IMG/VR virus record: IMGVR_UViG_3300044580_000530
Location: 1 to 26,242 of that record
DNA: 26,242 nucleotides
Reading direction: 5' to 3' (one strand)
Source: a virus
Lineage: Duplodnaviria > Caudoviricetes
The notes beneath the pieces were generated by a model. The model was not told the DNA's origin, made no database searches, and saw only the letters and a list, made by a program, of their open reading frames with translations. Shown here one piece after another: positions 1 to 9,635 of the stretch (position 1 is the first letter of the stretch; each line of letters opens with the position of its first letter). Made by a program: the position numbers and the translations under genes.

Positions 1-942
1 ATGGAGCGTGGAAAGCGAGTAAGGTTCTGGATTCTTGTCGCGAGCAACAGCGGGGCGATGCTGTGCGAGGCCGGCTGGCGATACCGTCTGGGCGATTTGA
101 CGGGTGCGTTTGAACGGTATCTCGATGATACAGGCTTGCCCGCCGAATCGTACCCGCCGCTCTACCGTGGCGAACCCGACTATGCGCTTAGACCAAGCCC
201 AGACGGCAAGTACAGCGTCGATCCTTTGTCCGGCGCGCATGACACCGGGGATATGCCCAGAGGCTGCACGGACAAAGAAGAGGAGTTGTTCGCCCGCCGC
301 TTTGACCCCGAAGAAGTGTTAGGCAAACGGCTTGCGGTGGATCGCCTTTTGTGTGACGCGTGTGAGGCCCTCGGCGTTCTGCCCGGCGTTCAGACATGCG
401 GCGAGCGTTTCTACCGGCTGGGGATCCGGGCGAGAAAGAACGTCTTCCTCTATCTGGGTGGCGGTGCCGGATCAAGCGAGAGTCTTACCGCGCATTTGGC
501 GTCGGCCGACTCCAACATCGAGCTGTACGTCGCGCAAAGAACGGCGGAAGTCGAGGCCTGCGGGATGCTGGCGGATGTTGATGTCGTTGAAATTGGAGCG
601 CATCTGGACATTGGCAAGGACGGGGGTTTCATCAACATCGAACATGAGACCGAAAGGAACGCGGAACGCGAAGGCGTTCCGGGGTGCGCCGGAACCGGTA
701 TGAACATCGCCAAAGCCGGGTTCTTACTGGAATACGGCGGCAAGGCATACTCGTTTAAAGGCGAAAAGCGATGGGAAATGGTTATGAAGCTGATCGGCGC
801 AAAGGGCAAATATATCCGCCTTGGAAAGGGTATTAAGGCGCTGTTCGCCTCAAATGAACAGGCAAAGGCGTTTTTTGATGCTGCCGTGGAAGCGGAAGGA
901 CAAGGAATCAACGGCACAGGACGCTACAGATTGAAGATTTGA
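1..942 (+). CDS. Hypothetical protein (possibly regulatory; 5' end may be truncated by the window)
   Basis: 313 aa ORF with lower GC than the downstream operon, followed by an intrinsic terminator. No family recognised. Confidence 0.6.
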   Translation: MERGKRVRFWILVASNSGAMLCEAGWRYRLGDLTGAFERYLDDTGLPAESYPPLYRGEPDYALRPSPDGKYSVDPLSGAHDTGDMPRGCTDKEEELFARRFDPEEVLGKRLAVDRLLCDACEALGVLPGVQTCGERFYRLGIRARKNVFLYLGGGAGSSESLTAHLASADSNIELYVAQRTAEVEACGMLADVDVVEIGAHLDIGKDGGFINIEHETERNAEREGVPGCAGTGMNIAKAGFLLEYGGKAYSFKGEKRWEMVMKLIGAKGKYIRLGKGIKALFASNEQAKAFFDAAVEAEGQGINGTGRYRLKI

Positions 943-983
943 CACCCATCCGCGCCAGCAATCGATAACAATTCTTTCGCAAG

Positions 984-1015
984 AAACCCCCGTAAAAACG
1001 GGGGTTTTTTGTTTT
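984..1015 (+). terminator. Rho-independent terminator
   Basis: Perfect stem AAACCCCCGT-aaaa-ACGGGGGTTT followed by TTTGTTTT, about 40 nt after the stop at 942. Confidence 0.75.
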
Positions 1016-1022
1016 CCGCAAA

Positions 1023-1069
1023 CAATCAATAGCAATCAATTGCTCGTCTTTTCTGCCGTGTCGTATAAG
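1023..1069 (+). promoter_or_regulatory. Candidate promoter/operator for the replication operon
   Basis: TTGCTC (1040-1045), 18 nt spacer, TATAAG (1064-1069). Tandem CAATCAATAG/CAATCAATTG (1023-1042) overlaps the -35. Confidence 0.35.
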
Positions 1070-1196
1070 GGCCTTGCGAAAGCGAAATAGCGTCCAACAG
1101 GGATGCCGATTACCGGCTCACTGCGCTGGCGCTCCGAATCGCGAAGGGCATGCGGACGTGCGAACGTCCGTAAGACACCGAACAAGGAGAGACGAT

Positions 1197-2045
1197 ATGG
1201 AAACGAACATCTGTCTGAACATTCTCACGAGCGAACCGGCGGAAGAGTATCACGCGAAGGCTGGCCGGTATCTGAGCAGCCATCAACTTTTGGACTTCAT
1301 GAAGTGCCCGTGGCTGCACCGCAAGAAAGCGGTGGGCCTGATCAAGGACGCCGACTCGGCGAGCTACCTTGTGGGACGCGCCGCGCATGTGCGCATCCTC
1401 GAAGGCCGCGACGTTTACGAGGCGTCGTTCGCGCTGGGCGGGCCGATCAACGAGAAGACGGGCAAGCCGTTTGGCGCGGGCACGAAGGCCTTCGCCGAGT
1501 GGGCCGAAGCGCAAGGCAAGCCCGTGCTGTCGCAGGAGCAGGTCGATCTGGTCGAGCAGATGGCTGCGGGCGCGGGGATGAACGACGAGGCGGTGGCGCT
1601 GCTGCTCTACGGCCGCGCCGAAGGCGTGGCGCGGACCGAGTACTGCGGCACGCCCTGCCAGATCCGCATCGACTGGCTGCACCCGCACCGGGGCATCGTG
1701 GACCTCAAGACCTGCGACGACCTGACGTGGTTCGAGGCGGACGCGCGGCGCTATGGCTACCACCGGCAGATGGCGTTTTACCGGGCCGTGCTGGCGCAGG
1801 CCATGGGGAACACGGCTGCCGACTGCACCGAACGCGGCGGCGCGGCTTGCGAGCCGGTGCCGGTGCACCTGATCGCGGTGGAGAAGAAAGAGCCGTTCCG
1901 CTGCGGCGTCTGGCGCGTGAGCGAGGAGACGCTGGCGCTGGCGCAGCGCGAGAACGAGGCCGCGATCCGGCGTCTGCTCGCCTGCCGGGAGAACGGCGAA
2001 TGGCCCACCGGGTTCGAGGAGATACGGGTGCTGGATGTGGTTTGA
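1197..2045 (+). CDS. RecE/exonuclease VIII-like PD-(D/E)XK nuclease (DUF3799-like)
   Basis: AAGGAG RBS before ATG 1197. Motifs EEYHA..LSSHQL, GRAAHVRILE, RIDWL..IVDLKT and YHRQMAFY are typical of phage RecE-like nucleases. Confidence 0.85.
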   Translation: METNICLNILTSEPAEEYHAKAGRYLSSHQLLDFMKCPWLHRKKAVGLIKDADSASYLVGRAAHVRILEGRDVYEASFALGGPINEKTGKPFGAGTKAFAEWAEAQGKPVLSQEQVDLVEQMAAGAGMNDEAVALLLYGRAEGVARTEYCGTPCQIRIDWLHPHRGIVDLKTCDDLTWFEADARRYGYHRQMAFYRAVLAQAMGNTAADCTERGGAACEPVPVHLIAVEKKEPFRCGVWRVSEETLALAQRENEAAIRRLLACRENGEWPTGFEEIRVLDVV

Positions 2046-2082
2046 AGGCTGAACGCTGAAGTTAAAGAAAAGGAGAGATGAC

Positions 2083-2892
2083 ATGTCCACATTGAATCAG
2101 ATTCATCACGGGCGGAGGCACACGCCGCCGCGGCTCCTGGTCTACGGGACCGAGGGCATCGGCAAATCGACGCTGGCGGCAGCAGCGCCGAAACCGATCT
2201 TCATTCAGACCGAGGACGGGCTCGACCAGATCGCGTGCGCCAGCTTCCCGCTGGCGACGCGTATGACGGAGGTCGACGCGGCGCTGCGCGCGCTGATCCA
2301 GGAGAAGCACGAGTTCGAGACGGTGGTGATCGACTCGGCTGACTGGCTGGAGCGACTCGTCTGGGACGCGCTGTGCGAGCAGTACGGCGTGGGCAGCATC
2401 GAGAAAGTGGACGGCGGGTACGGCAAGGGCTACGTCCACGCGCTGACGTTTTGGCGGAGGCTGCTGGGCGACCTCAACACGCTGCGCAACCAGCGCGGCA
2501 TGTGCGTGATCCTGCTGGCGCACGCGCGGGTGGAGAAGTTTGAAGACCCGGAGGCGAGCGCCTACGACCGCTACTCGCCGCGCCTGCACAAGCACGTGAC
2601 CGCACTGCTGACCGAGTGGGCGGACGCGGTGCTCTTCGCCACGCGACGGATCATCACCAAGACCGAGGAGGGAGGGTTCGGGCGCGAGCGCACCATCGCC
2701 GCCGGTCTCGGCAAGGATGGCGGCGAGCGCATCCTGCGCACGGTCGGGAGCCCGGCCTGCGTGGCGAAGAACCGTTACGGCCTGCCCGCCGAGCTACCAC
2801 TTTCTTGGCCCGCGCTGATGCAGGCGCTGGCCGCCAATCTGCCCGCCGACGGTTCGGCGGGGAGAACCGAGTCCAAAACCAACACCAAATAG
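2083..2892 (+). CDS. AAA_24 / Sak4-like phage ATPase (recombinase)
   Basis: Walker A YGTEGIGKST, Walker B VVIDSAD, VILLAH, C-terminal AKNRYGLP. AAGGAG RBS. Confidence 0.85.
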   Translation: MSTLNQIHHGRRHTPPRLLVYGTEGIGKSTLAAAAPKPIFIQTEDGLDQIACASFPLATRMTEVDAALRALIQEKHEFETVVIDSADWLERLVWDALCEQYGVGSIEKVDGGYGKGYVHALTFWRRLLGDLNTLRNQRGMCVILLAHARVEKFEDPEASAYDRYSPRLHKHVTALLTEWADAVLFATRRIITKTEEGGFGRERTIAAGLGKDGGERILRTVGSPACVAKNRYGLPAELPLSWPALMQALAANLPADGSAGRTESKTNTK

Positions 2893-2902
2893 GAGAAAGA
2901 CC

Positions 2903-3358
2903 ATGGCGAACCTGAATGGATTCAACGCGAACGAAGTCGAGCCGACCGGCAACTTTGAGCCGATTCCGGCGGGCAAGTACCAGGCGGCGATCACGGAGAG
3001 CGAGATGAAGCCGACGAAGAACGGGAGCGGCAGCTACCTGCAGCTCACGTTCACGATCACCGACGGCCCGTACAAGAACCGCGTACTGTGGGCGCGGCTG
3101 AACCTCCAAAACCCGAACGCCACGGCGGTGAAGATCGCGCAGTCGGAGTTGTCGGCCGTCTGCCACGCCGTGGGCGTGATGCAGCCGCGCGACAGTGTGG
3201 AACTGCACAACATCCCGCTGGTGATCGTCGTGAAGCTGCGCAAGCGCGAAGACTCGGGCGAGCTGACGAACGAGATCAAGGGTTACGAACGGAAGGCGGC
3301 CGCCGGGCAGGCGCAGTCGGCCCCGGCGACTGACAACACGCCGCCGTGGAGAAGGTAG
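2903..3358 (+). CDS. DUF669 family SSB-like protein
   Basis: FEPIPAGKY..I, LQLTFTI..G.YKNR, NEIKGY and a PPW tail, in the usual position after Sak4. Confidence 0.8.
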   Translation: MANLNGFNANEVEPTGNFEPIPAGKYQAAITESEMKPTKNGSGSYLQLTFTITDGPYKNRVLWARLNLQNPNATAVKIAQSELSAVCHAVGVMQPRDSVELHNIPLVIVVKLRKREDSGELTNEIKGYERKAAAGQAQSAPATDNTPPWRR

Positions 3359-5047
3359 ATGGAACTGCGCCCCTACCAGAAAGAGGCGGTGGCCGCTGTC
3401 TACGATCATCTGCGCCGTCGGGATGACAACCCCTGCGTTGTCATTCCGACGGCGGGCGGCAAGACGCCTGTGATGGCGACGATCTGTCGCGACGCTGTCC
3501 AGCAGTGGAACGGGCGCGTGATGATCCTGGCGCACGTCAAGGAGTTGCTCGAACAGTCGGTCGAGAAGCTGCACGCGATGGCCCCGGATCTGTGGAACCG
3601 GATCGGGGTCTACTCGGCAGGGCTCAAGAGCCGCGACACGGATCACCCGATCATCGTGGCGGGCATCCAGAGCGTCTTCCGTCGCGCGGCGGAGTTGGAC
3701 CGGTTCGACCTGATCTTGATTGACGAGGCGCACATGCTGCCTCCCGACGGCGAGGGCATGTACCGCACGTTTCTGGCCGAAGCCCGCGCGGTGAACCCCA
3801 ACGTGCGGCTTGTCGGGCTGACGGCCACGCCCTACCGCATGAGCACGGGGTTGATCTGCGGGCCGGACAACCTGCTCAACCATGTGTGCTACGAGGTCGG
3901 GGTGCGCGAACTGATGGCGCAAGGCTACCTGTGTCCGCTCAAGACCAAGGCGGGGCGGCGCAAGGCCGACACGGCGGGGCTACATCTGCGGGGCGGCGAG
4001 TTCATCGCGGGCGAGGTCGAGAGCCTGATGGATGACGATGAACTTGTGCGGTCGGCCTGCGGCGAGATCGCCGAGCACGCTCGCGACCGGCACTCGGTGT
4101 TGATCTTCGCGGCCGGAGTGCAGCACGCGCTGCATGTGCGGCGCGTGCTGGGCGAGGCGGGGCTGACGTGCGGTTTCGTCTGCGGCGACACGTCGCCGGG
4201 CGAGCGCGCCGAAACGCTCAAGCGGTTCAAGGAGGGCGCGCTCCGGTGCCTCGTCAACGTCAACGTGCTGACCACGGGGTTTGACGCGCCGAACATCGAT
4301 TGCGTGGCGCTGCTGCGGCCGACTAACTCGCCGGGGCTCTACTACCAGATGGTGGGCCGGGGTTTCAGGCTGGATCCGTCCAAGGAGAACTGCCTGGTGC
4401 TGGACTTCGGCGGCAACATCCTGCGTCACGGGCCGGTGGACGCGCTTGAGATCAAGGAGCGTGCTTCGGGCGGCGGCGGTGAGGCTCCGGCCAAGGAGTG
4501 CCCACAGTGCCAGGCGGTGATCCACGCGGCCTACGGCGTGTGCCCGGAGTGCGGCTATGAATTCCCGCAGCCCCAGCGCGAACAGCATGAGCGCGAAGCG
4601 TCCACGGCGAGTGTGCTGTCCGGCGAGGTCACGGAGACCGAGCACGAGGTGACGGGCGTCTATTACGGCGTGCATGTCAAGCGCGATGCTCCCGAGGGGC
4701 ATCCGCCCACGATGCGGGTCGACTACCGGGTGGGGTTTCACGCTTACAAGAGCGAGTGGGTCTGCTTCGAGCACAGCGGCTATGCTCGCGGCAAGGCTGT
4801 GGCGTGGTGGCAGGCGCGTTCGCGCGAGCCTTTCCCCAAGAGTTGCGAAGAGGCCGTACGGATCTGCGAGGCGGGCGGCGTGGCCGAGCCGGTATCGATC
4901 ACCGTGCGGTCGGTGTCGGGCGAGAAGTACGACCGCATCACGAAGCACAAACTGGGCTTGATCCCGCCGCGCCTGGACGGAAGCGACGAAGTCGATGACG
5001 GCACGCTGCCGGAATACAAGGGAGCTGATGATGACCTGCCCTTCTGA
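3359..5047 (+). CDS. SF2 DEAH helicase with Zn ribbon (RadD-like)
   Basis: LRPYQ, PTAGGKT, IDEAH, GLTATP, LTTGFDAP, QMVGRGFR, CPQC..CPEC. Confidence 0.92.
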   Translation: MELRPYQKEAVAAVYDHLRRRDDNPCVVIPTAGGKTPVMATICRDAVQQWNGRVMILAHVKELLEQSVEKLHAMAPDLWNRIGVYSAGLKSRDTDHPIIVAGIQSVFRRAAELDRFDLILIDEAHMLPPDGEGMYRTFLAEARAVNPNVRLVGLTATPYRMSTGLICGPDNLLNHVCYEVGVRELMAQGYLCPLKTKAGRRKADTAGLHLRGGEFIAGEVESLMDDDELVRSACGEIAEHARDRHSVLIFAAGVQHALHVRRVLGEAGLTCGFVCGDTSPGERAETLKRFKEGALRCLVNVNVLTTGFDAPNIDCVALLRPTNSPGLYYQMVGRGFRLDPSKENCLVLDFGGNILRHGPVDALEIKERASGGGGEAPAKECPQCQAVIHAAYGVCPECGYEFPQPQREQHEREASTASVLSGEVTETEHEVTGVYYGVHVKRDAPEGHPPTMRVDYRVGFHAYKSEWVCFEHSGYARGKAVAWWQARSREPFPKSCEEAVRICEAGGVAEPVSITVRSVSGEKYDRITKHKLGLIPPRLDGSDEVDDGTLPEYKGADDDLPF

Positions 5048-7334
5048 CAAACATGCGGGCGCGGAGCTGCTTGACATGGCGGCCGGTTATCTGGCCGCCG
5101 GGTTGTGCGTGTTGCCCGCCAAGCGGGCCGAGAAGCGCCCGACGGTCGGACAGTGGAAACGCTATCGTGAGCGCCTGCCTACGGAGGCGGAGTTGTCGGC
5201 GTGGTTCGCCAACGGGCCCGACGCGGTGTGCATCGTGTGCGGGGCGGTGTCGGGTCATGCGGAGATGATCGACTTCGACGCGGGCGGTGAGTTGTTTGAG
5301 GCGTGGTCAGGGCGCATCGCGCCCGAGTTGATGGCGCGGCTGGCGGTCGAGACGACCCAGCGCGGCGGGCGGCACGTGTTCTACCGGTGCGAAGCGCCGG
5401 TGTGCGGCAACATGAAGCTGGCGCAGCGCCGCACGGGGGACAAGACCGTGACGCTGATCGAGACGCGCGGCGAAGGCGGGCTGTTCCTCTGCACGCCGAC
5501 GGCCGGGTATGAGGCGGTGCAGGGCGATTTAAAGTCCCCTCCCCTGCTGACCGAGGCGGAGCGGGACGCGCTGCTGGCAGCCGCGTGGGAGCTGAACGAG
5601 TACGTGCCGGAGCCGGTCGGCGAGACTCGGCGCACGGAAGGCAGACAGGCGGTTACGCCTGTGCCGCAGGGCATGGTGCAGGGCGAGCGGCCCGGCGATG
5701 ATTTCAATGCGCGCGGGGACGTGCGCGCGGTTCTCGAGCGGGCCGGATGGGCGCGGGTGCGCGAGGGCGAGAACGAGTATTGGCGGCGGCCCGGCAAGAT
5801 TTCGGGGTGGTCGGCCACGCTGAAGGCGCGCGTGTTCTACGTGTTCAGCGCCAACGCCGCGCCGTTCGAGGCGAACCGGGCTTATGCGCCGTTCACGGTG
5901 TACACGCTGCTGACGCACGGCGGAGACTTCGAGCGGGCGGCCTGCGAGTTGCGGCGCGAGGGCTTCGGCGACGCGGGGCCCAGCATGGGCGGCGCTGACA
6001 TTTCGGCGCTGGTGGCGGCATGCCGACCGCCTGCGGCGGCGCGCGCACCCGAGGTGCCGGATCCCGGCCCGATGCCCGACGGGCTGTTGCGCATGCCGGG
6101 GTTCGTGGGCGAGGTGATGGATTACTGTCTGGCCACGGCCCCCTATCCGAACCCCGTCATGGCCTTCGCGGGGGCGCTCGCGCTGCAGGCGTTTCTGGCC
6201 GGGCGCAAGGTGCGCGACTCCGGCGACAACCGCACGAACCTGTATCTGCTCGGGCTGGCGCACTCGGCGGCGGGCAAGGACTGGCCGCGCAAGGTCAACA
6301 CGCGGATCATGCACGAGGTCGGGCTTGCGGGCTGCCTCGGCGAACGCTTCGCCAGCGGCGAAGGCATTCAGGATGCGCTCTTGCAGACGCCCGGCATGCT
6401 GTTCCAGACGGACGAGATCGACGGCATGCTGCAGTCGATCAACAAGGCCAAGGACGCGCGTTACGAGGCGGTCATGTCCACACTGCTGACGATGTTCTCG
6501 TCGTCCAACAGCGTGTTCCCCGTGCGCCGCAAGGCCGGCAAAGAGGCACCCGGTGTGATCAACCAGCCCAATCTGGTGGTCTTCGGCACGGCAATCCCGA
6601 ACCACTATTACGAAGCGCTCTCCGAGCGGATGCTCACCAACGGCTTCTTCGCCCGCATGATCATTTTGGAGGCCGGGCCGCGCGGCACGGGACAGGAGCC
6701 GGTGATCCGGGATCTGCCGCCGGGCGTTCTGGCCTCAGCCAAGTGGTGGGCGGACTTTCGACCGGGCACCGGCAACCTGGAGAACTGGAACCCCGTGCCC
6801 GTGGTGATCGAGCACACGGACGAGGCCAGGCGGCTTCTCGTCGAGACCCGCGAGCGGGCCGAGGCCGAATACACCGCCGCCGAGGGCAAGGGCGATTCGG
6901 TCGGGACTACGGTCTGGGGGCGCGTGAGCGAGCAGGTGCGCAAGTTGGCGCTGCTGTACGCGGTCAGCGAGAACCACCTGACGCCGCGCATCGGCCTCGC
7001 CGCCGTCGAGTGGGCGTCGGCGTTCGTGATGCACCAGACGCGGCGGATGCTCTTTATGGCGGCGGGACACGTCGCCGAAAACCCGTTCCATGCGGAGTGC
7101 CTCAAGGCGGTGGAGAAACTGCGCAACGTGCCGGGGAACGAGCTGCCGCACAGCGTGCTGCTCAAGCGCATGAAGCTGGACTCGAAGAGTTTCGCCATGC
7201 TGGTGGAGACGCTGGAGCAACAGGGCGATATCGAGGTCATAACCACGGCTAGACCGGGCTGGCATGTGCGCTCATACCGTCTGGCGGGCGGGGTGAAGCA
7301 TGAGGGTGAAACATCGGCGGGAGGTGAAACATGA
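5028..7334 (+). CDS. Bifunctional primase/polymerase (PrimPol) fused to a DUF3987-like helicase domain
   Basis: N-terminal PrimPol motifs IDFD, TTQRGGRHVFY, IETRGEGG. C-terminal AHSAAGKD (Walker A-like), FQTDEID, NGFFAR. Start (5028/5031) overlaps the helicase end. Confidence 0.85.
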   Translation: MMTCPSDKHAGAELLDMAAGYLAAGLCVLPAKRAEKRPTVGQWKRYRERLPTEAELSAWFANGPDAVCIVCGAVSGHAEMIDFDAGGELFEAWSGRIAPELMARLAVETTQRGGRHVFYRCEAPVCGNMKLAQRRTGDKTVTLIETRGEGGLFLCTPTAGYEAVQGDLKSPPLLTEAERDALLAAAWELNEYVPEPVGETRRTEGRQAVTPVPQGMVQGERPGDDFNARGDVRAVLERAGWARVREGENEYWRRPGKISGWSATLKARVFYVFSANAAPFEANRAYAPFTVYTLLTHGGDFERAACELRREGFGDAGPSMGGADISALVAACRPPAAARAPEVPDPGPMPDGLLRMPGFVGEVMDYCLATAPYPNPVMAFAGALALQAFLAGRKVRDSGDNRTNLYLLGLAHSAAGKDWPRKVNTRIMHEVGLAGCLGERFASGEGIQDALLQTPGMLFQTDEIDGMLQSINKAKDARYEAVMSTLLTMFSSSNSVFPVRRKAGKEAPGVINQPNLVVFGTAIPNHYYEALSERMLTNGFFARMIILEAGPRGTGQEPVIRDLPPGVLASAKWWADFRPGTGNLENWNPVPVVIEHTDEARRLLVETRERAEAEYTAAEGKGDSVGTTVWGRVSEQVRKLALLYAVSENHLTPRIGLAAVEWASAFVMHQTRRMLFMAAGHVAENPFHAECLKAVEKLRNVPGNELPHSVLLKRMKLDSKSFAMLVETLEQQGDIEVITTARPGWHVRSYRLAGGVKHEGETSAGGET

Positions 7335-7546
7335 ACGACCGCACCCAGCTCATGATTCCCCAAGCTTCACCCAAGATTCACCCCCGCAGGGTGAAACTTG
7401 GAAAACGTGAAAAAGGCCTAAATATAAAGAAAAACAACAACTCTCTTCATGTTTCACCCTTTCACCCCCACCCCCCCCGCGCGATGCCTGTACGCGTGTT
7501 TTTGCGTGTGTACGTGAGGGGGTGGGTGAAAAGGTGAAACTTGGGA
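7291..7546. repeat. Putative replication origin: GGTGAA(AC) iterons in both orientations around an A-rich spacer
   Basis: GGTGAA at about 7292, 7305, 7324, 7390, 7525 and 7533. Inverted TTCACC at about 7366, 7377, 7453 and 7461. A-rich core at 7401-7440, directly after the primase gene. Confidence 0.65.
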
Positions 7547-7604
7547 AACATGCTTTCGTGTCCGCCGGGTGGCGGACGTTCAACCAAACCGAGAAGGAGA
7601 TGAC

Positions 7605-7931
7605 ATGAAGACGACGACACTGACGGCGATGAGGGCGATCTATGAGAGCGATCCGGCGCGGACGCGTGCGGACCGGGAGCTGTTGCTGAAGACGCTGGGG
7701 CTGACCGATTGCCAAGAGGCGGCGCGGCCTGCTGAAAAGCTGGTCGCGTTCGAGGAGGCGGCCAAGCGGCTGAACCGTACGACAAGGACGGTGCATCTGC
7801 TGGCGCGGCGCGGCGTGCTGCGCAAGGCGCGGATGCCGGGCTGCACGCGGTGCGCGGGCGTTCTGGCGTCGGACTTGGACGCGCTGCTGGCGAACATGGT
7901 GCAGGTGGTTGGCAGTGGCAGTGAGCTGTGA
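7605..7931 (+). CDS. Small HTH DNA-binding protein (excisionase/HTH_17-like)
   Basis: AAGGAG RBS. LVAFEEAAKRLNRTTRTVHLLARRGVL is a typical HTH. Confidence 0.7.
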   Translation: MKTTTLTAMRAIYESDPARTRADRELLLKTLGLTDCQEAARPAEKLVAFEEAAKRLNRTTRTVHLLARRGVLRKARMPGCTRCAGVLASDLDALLANMVQVVGSGSEL

Positions 7932-7970
7932 GTCTCACGCGGAGGCGCGAAGTGCGCGGAGGGCGGACCG

Positions 7971-8498
7971 ATGGGAATGATGTCACGAAGGAAGGGCGCG
8001 GCCGGCGAACGCGAGGCCGCAGAGAAGTTGAACGAGGTGCTGGGCACCAAGTTCCACCGGGGGAGGCAGTACCACGGCGGGCCGGAGTCGCCGGATCTGG
8101 CCGGCGACCTGCCGGGGCTTCACCTGGAGGTGAAGCGGGTCGAGGCGCTGCGGCTCTACCCGAGCATGGAACAGGCGCGGCGGGACGCGGGCACCGGCGA
8201 GGTGCCTGCGGTGATGCACCGCATGAACAAGAAGCCGTGGGTGGTGATCGTGTATGCCGATGACCTCATCCGGCTGCTGGATGTGGTCGACGCGTGCCGG
8301 GCGCGGGGGGATGCGGGCGGTGATGGCGGGAATATGGCGCCCGGCGCGACACACACCGTGTTTTTAAGCCCCCCTTCCCCCCGCCCCCGGCCCCCTTCCC
8401 CCAACCCCCTTCCCCCTGATGAAGCAGGCGGGGATCAGGATTTGACGGCCGGGCGCGGGAGCGTTCCGGCGGGTGATGATGACGGGAAACAAACTTAA
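7971..8498 (+). CDS. Holliday junction resolvase-like PD-(D/E)XK nuclease
   Basis: SRRKGAAGERE, ESPDL, LHLEVKR motifs. Low-complexity Pro-rich tail. Confidence 0.75.
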   Translation: MGMMSRRKGAAGEREAAEKLNEVLGTKFHRGRQYHGGPESPDLAGDLPGLHLEVKRVEALRLYPSMEQARRDAGTGEVPAVMHRMNKKPWVVIVYADDLIRLLDVVDACRARGDAGGDGGNMAPGATHTVFLSPPSPRPRPPSPNPLPPDEAGGDQDLTAGRGSVPAGDDDGKQT

Positions 8499-8503
8499 CG
8501 GAG

Positions 8504-8998
8504 GTGAAGAGAATGAACTGCAGCAACTGTGGATTCGCGGCGAAGATAAAGGAAGCCGAGCATGGCGGCATCCGGTTCGAAGACACGCCCTGCGCGTCTT
8601 GCAAGCTGACGGAAGACAGCTCGCATACGTTGGAGTTCGACGAAGCGCGGGACACGCCGGCGACCGGCGGTCAGAGGTCGGAGGACGGGGGTCTGCCGGA
8701 TGACGGGCCGACCGTGCTGCCGCTGTCCGTGCTGGCGGAAGCGGTGCGCGGTTTCCTGGACCTGCCGCCGCGCACGTTCCGGATCCTGCAGCGGCGGTAT
8801 CACGGCGACAGTTACCGGATGATCGGCGAGGAATTGCAGGTGACGGCGCAAGCCGCCGAACTTCAGTTGCGGCGGGCGCTGGAGGCGCACCCGCACCTGA
8901 AAAACCTGCTGCCGGAGAAGGCCCGGCGGCAGGCGGCGCGGAAGCGCAAGCGCCTCAGCATGGCGAGGCGCGGGAAGGCAGGATGCGGCGGGCAGTAG
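8504..8998 (+). CDS. Putative transcriptional regulator: Cys4 Zn finger plus sigma-70 region 4-like HTH
   Basis: CSNC...CASC. LPPRTFRILQRRYHGDSYRMIGEELQVT resembles sigma r4. Last gene of the early operon. Confidence 0.6.
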   Translation: MKRMNCSNCGFAAKIKEAEHGGIRFEDTPCASCKLTEDSSHTLEFDEARDTPATGGQRSEDGGLPDDGPTVLPLSVLAEAVRGFLDLPPRTFRILQRRYHGDSYRMIGEELQVTAQAAELQLRRALEAHPHLKNLLPEKARRQAARKRKRLSMARRGKAGCGGQ

Positions 8999-9116
8999 CA
9001 GTATTCAGTAAGATGATCCCCCGCCTTATTGAAAACGGGACCCGCGGCGGCTGGATAAGCTGACGCGGGGAATTTTAGGCCGCGACCGATTAGGGAGCGG
9101 CGGTTTTTTTCGGGAC

Positions 9117-9153
9117 GAAAAAGGCAGGGGCGGCCGGTCTAGGCCGCCCCTGC
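9117..9153 (-). terminator. Rho-independent terminator of the minus-strand operon
   Basis: 12 bp stem GCAGGGGCGGCC/GGCCGCCCCTGC followed on the minus strand by CTTTTT, 5 nt after the stop at 9159. Confidence 0.8.
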
Positions 9154-9158
9154 GGGGA

Positions 9159-9584
9159 TCAGGCGAGAAGCTCGCCGATGGGCTTGGGCGTCGTGAAGTA
9201 AAGATCCAGCTCGGCGCCGTTCTCGAGTAGCTCGGGGATTGAAATGTAACCGAGTTCGGCACCCATGCCGAGGTCGGCGATTCCGAAGGCCTGCACCTGG
9301 CCCGCGTGGTCGGGGTCGGCGTCTTTCTCAACGATCCACCAGTCGCAACCGCCGATGAAGTAGTGAAGCCGGGCGAGGGCGGTGCGGCCTTGGGCGTCGG
9401 TCTCGTAGGTCTTGGGCATGGCCTGCCATGTGGCGTGTATGCGGTCGATGACCTCAATGAAGTGGTCGCCTTCCTCGCCCATCATGCCGTCAATGATCGC
9501 CTCGTACTGTGCGGGCGGGGTTAGCATTTTGAGGATGTCGAGTTCGTGGGGCTTTTCGGGTGGCGTGTAGCGTTTGCGTTTCAT
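9159..9584 (-). CDS. DUF2958-like protein
   Basis: HYFIGGCDWWIVEKD..QAFGIADLG..ELGYISIPEL..ELDLYF. AAAGG RBS. Confidence 0.7.
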   Translation of the reverse strand: MKRKRYTPPEKPHELDILKMLTPPAQYEAIIDGMMGEEGDHFIEVIDRIHATWQAMPKTYETDAQGRTALARLHYFIGGCDWWIVEKDADPDHAGQVQAFGIADLGMGAELGYISIPELLENGAELDLYFTTPKPIGELLA

Positions 9585-9635
9585 GGGTGCCTTTCTGCCC
9601 GCATACGATGCCTGCGGGCGGGCGCTGGGGTTGCT

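Noticed and set aside
1074-1196. Upstream extension of the nuclease ORF
   Set aside because: The RBS supports ATG 1197. The same reasoning was used to trim starts at 7605, 13862, 20513, 23555 and 24994.
3296-3303. Avoidance of the NotI site as a clue to R-M specificity
   Set aside because: GCGGCCGC is present here and CGGCCG is common. Family membership does not fix specificity.
2654-7363. Long antisense and alternate-frame ORFs over the replication genes (and similarly over the head genes)
   Set aside because: Shadows of high-GC3 coding sequence.
7331-7537. 68 aa ORF after the primase
   Set aside because: It coincides with the iteron/A-rich origin and has atypical composition, although an ATGA overlap with the primase stop means it cannot be fully excluded.
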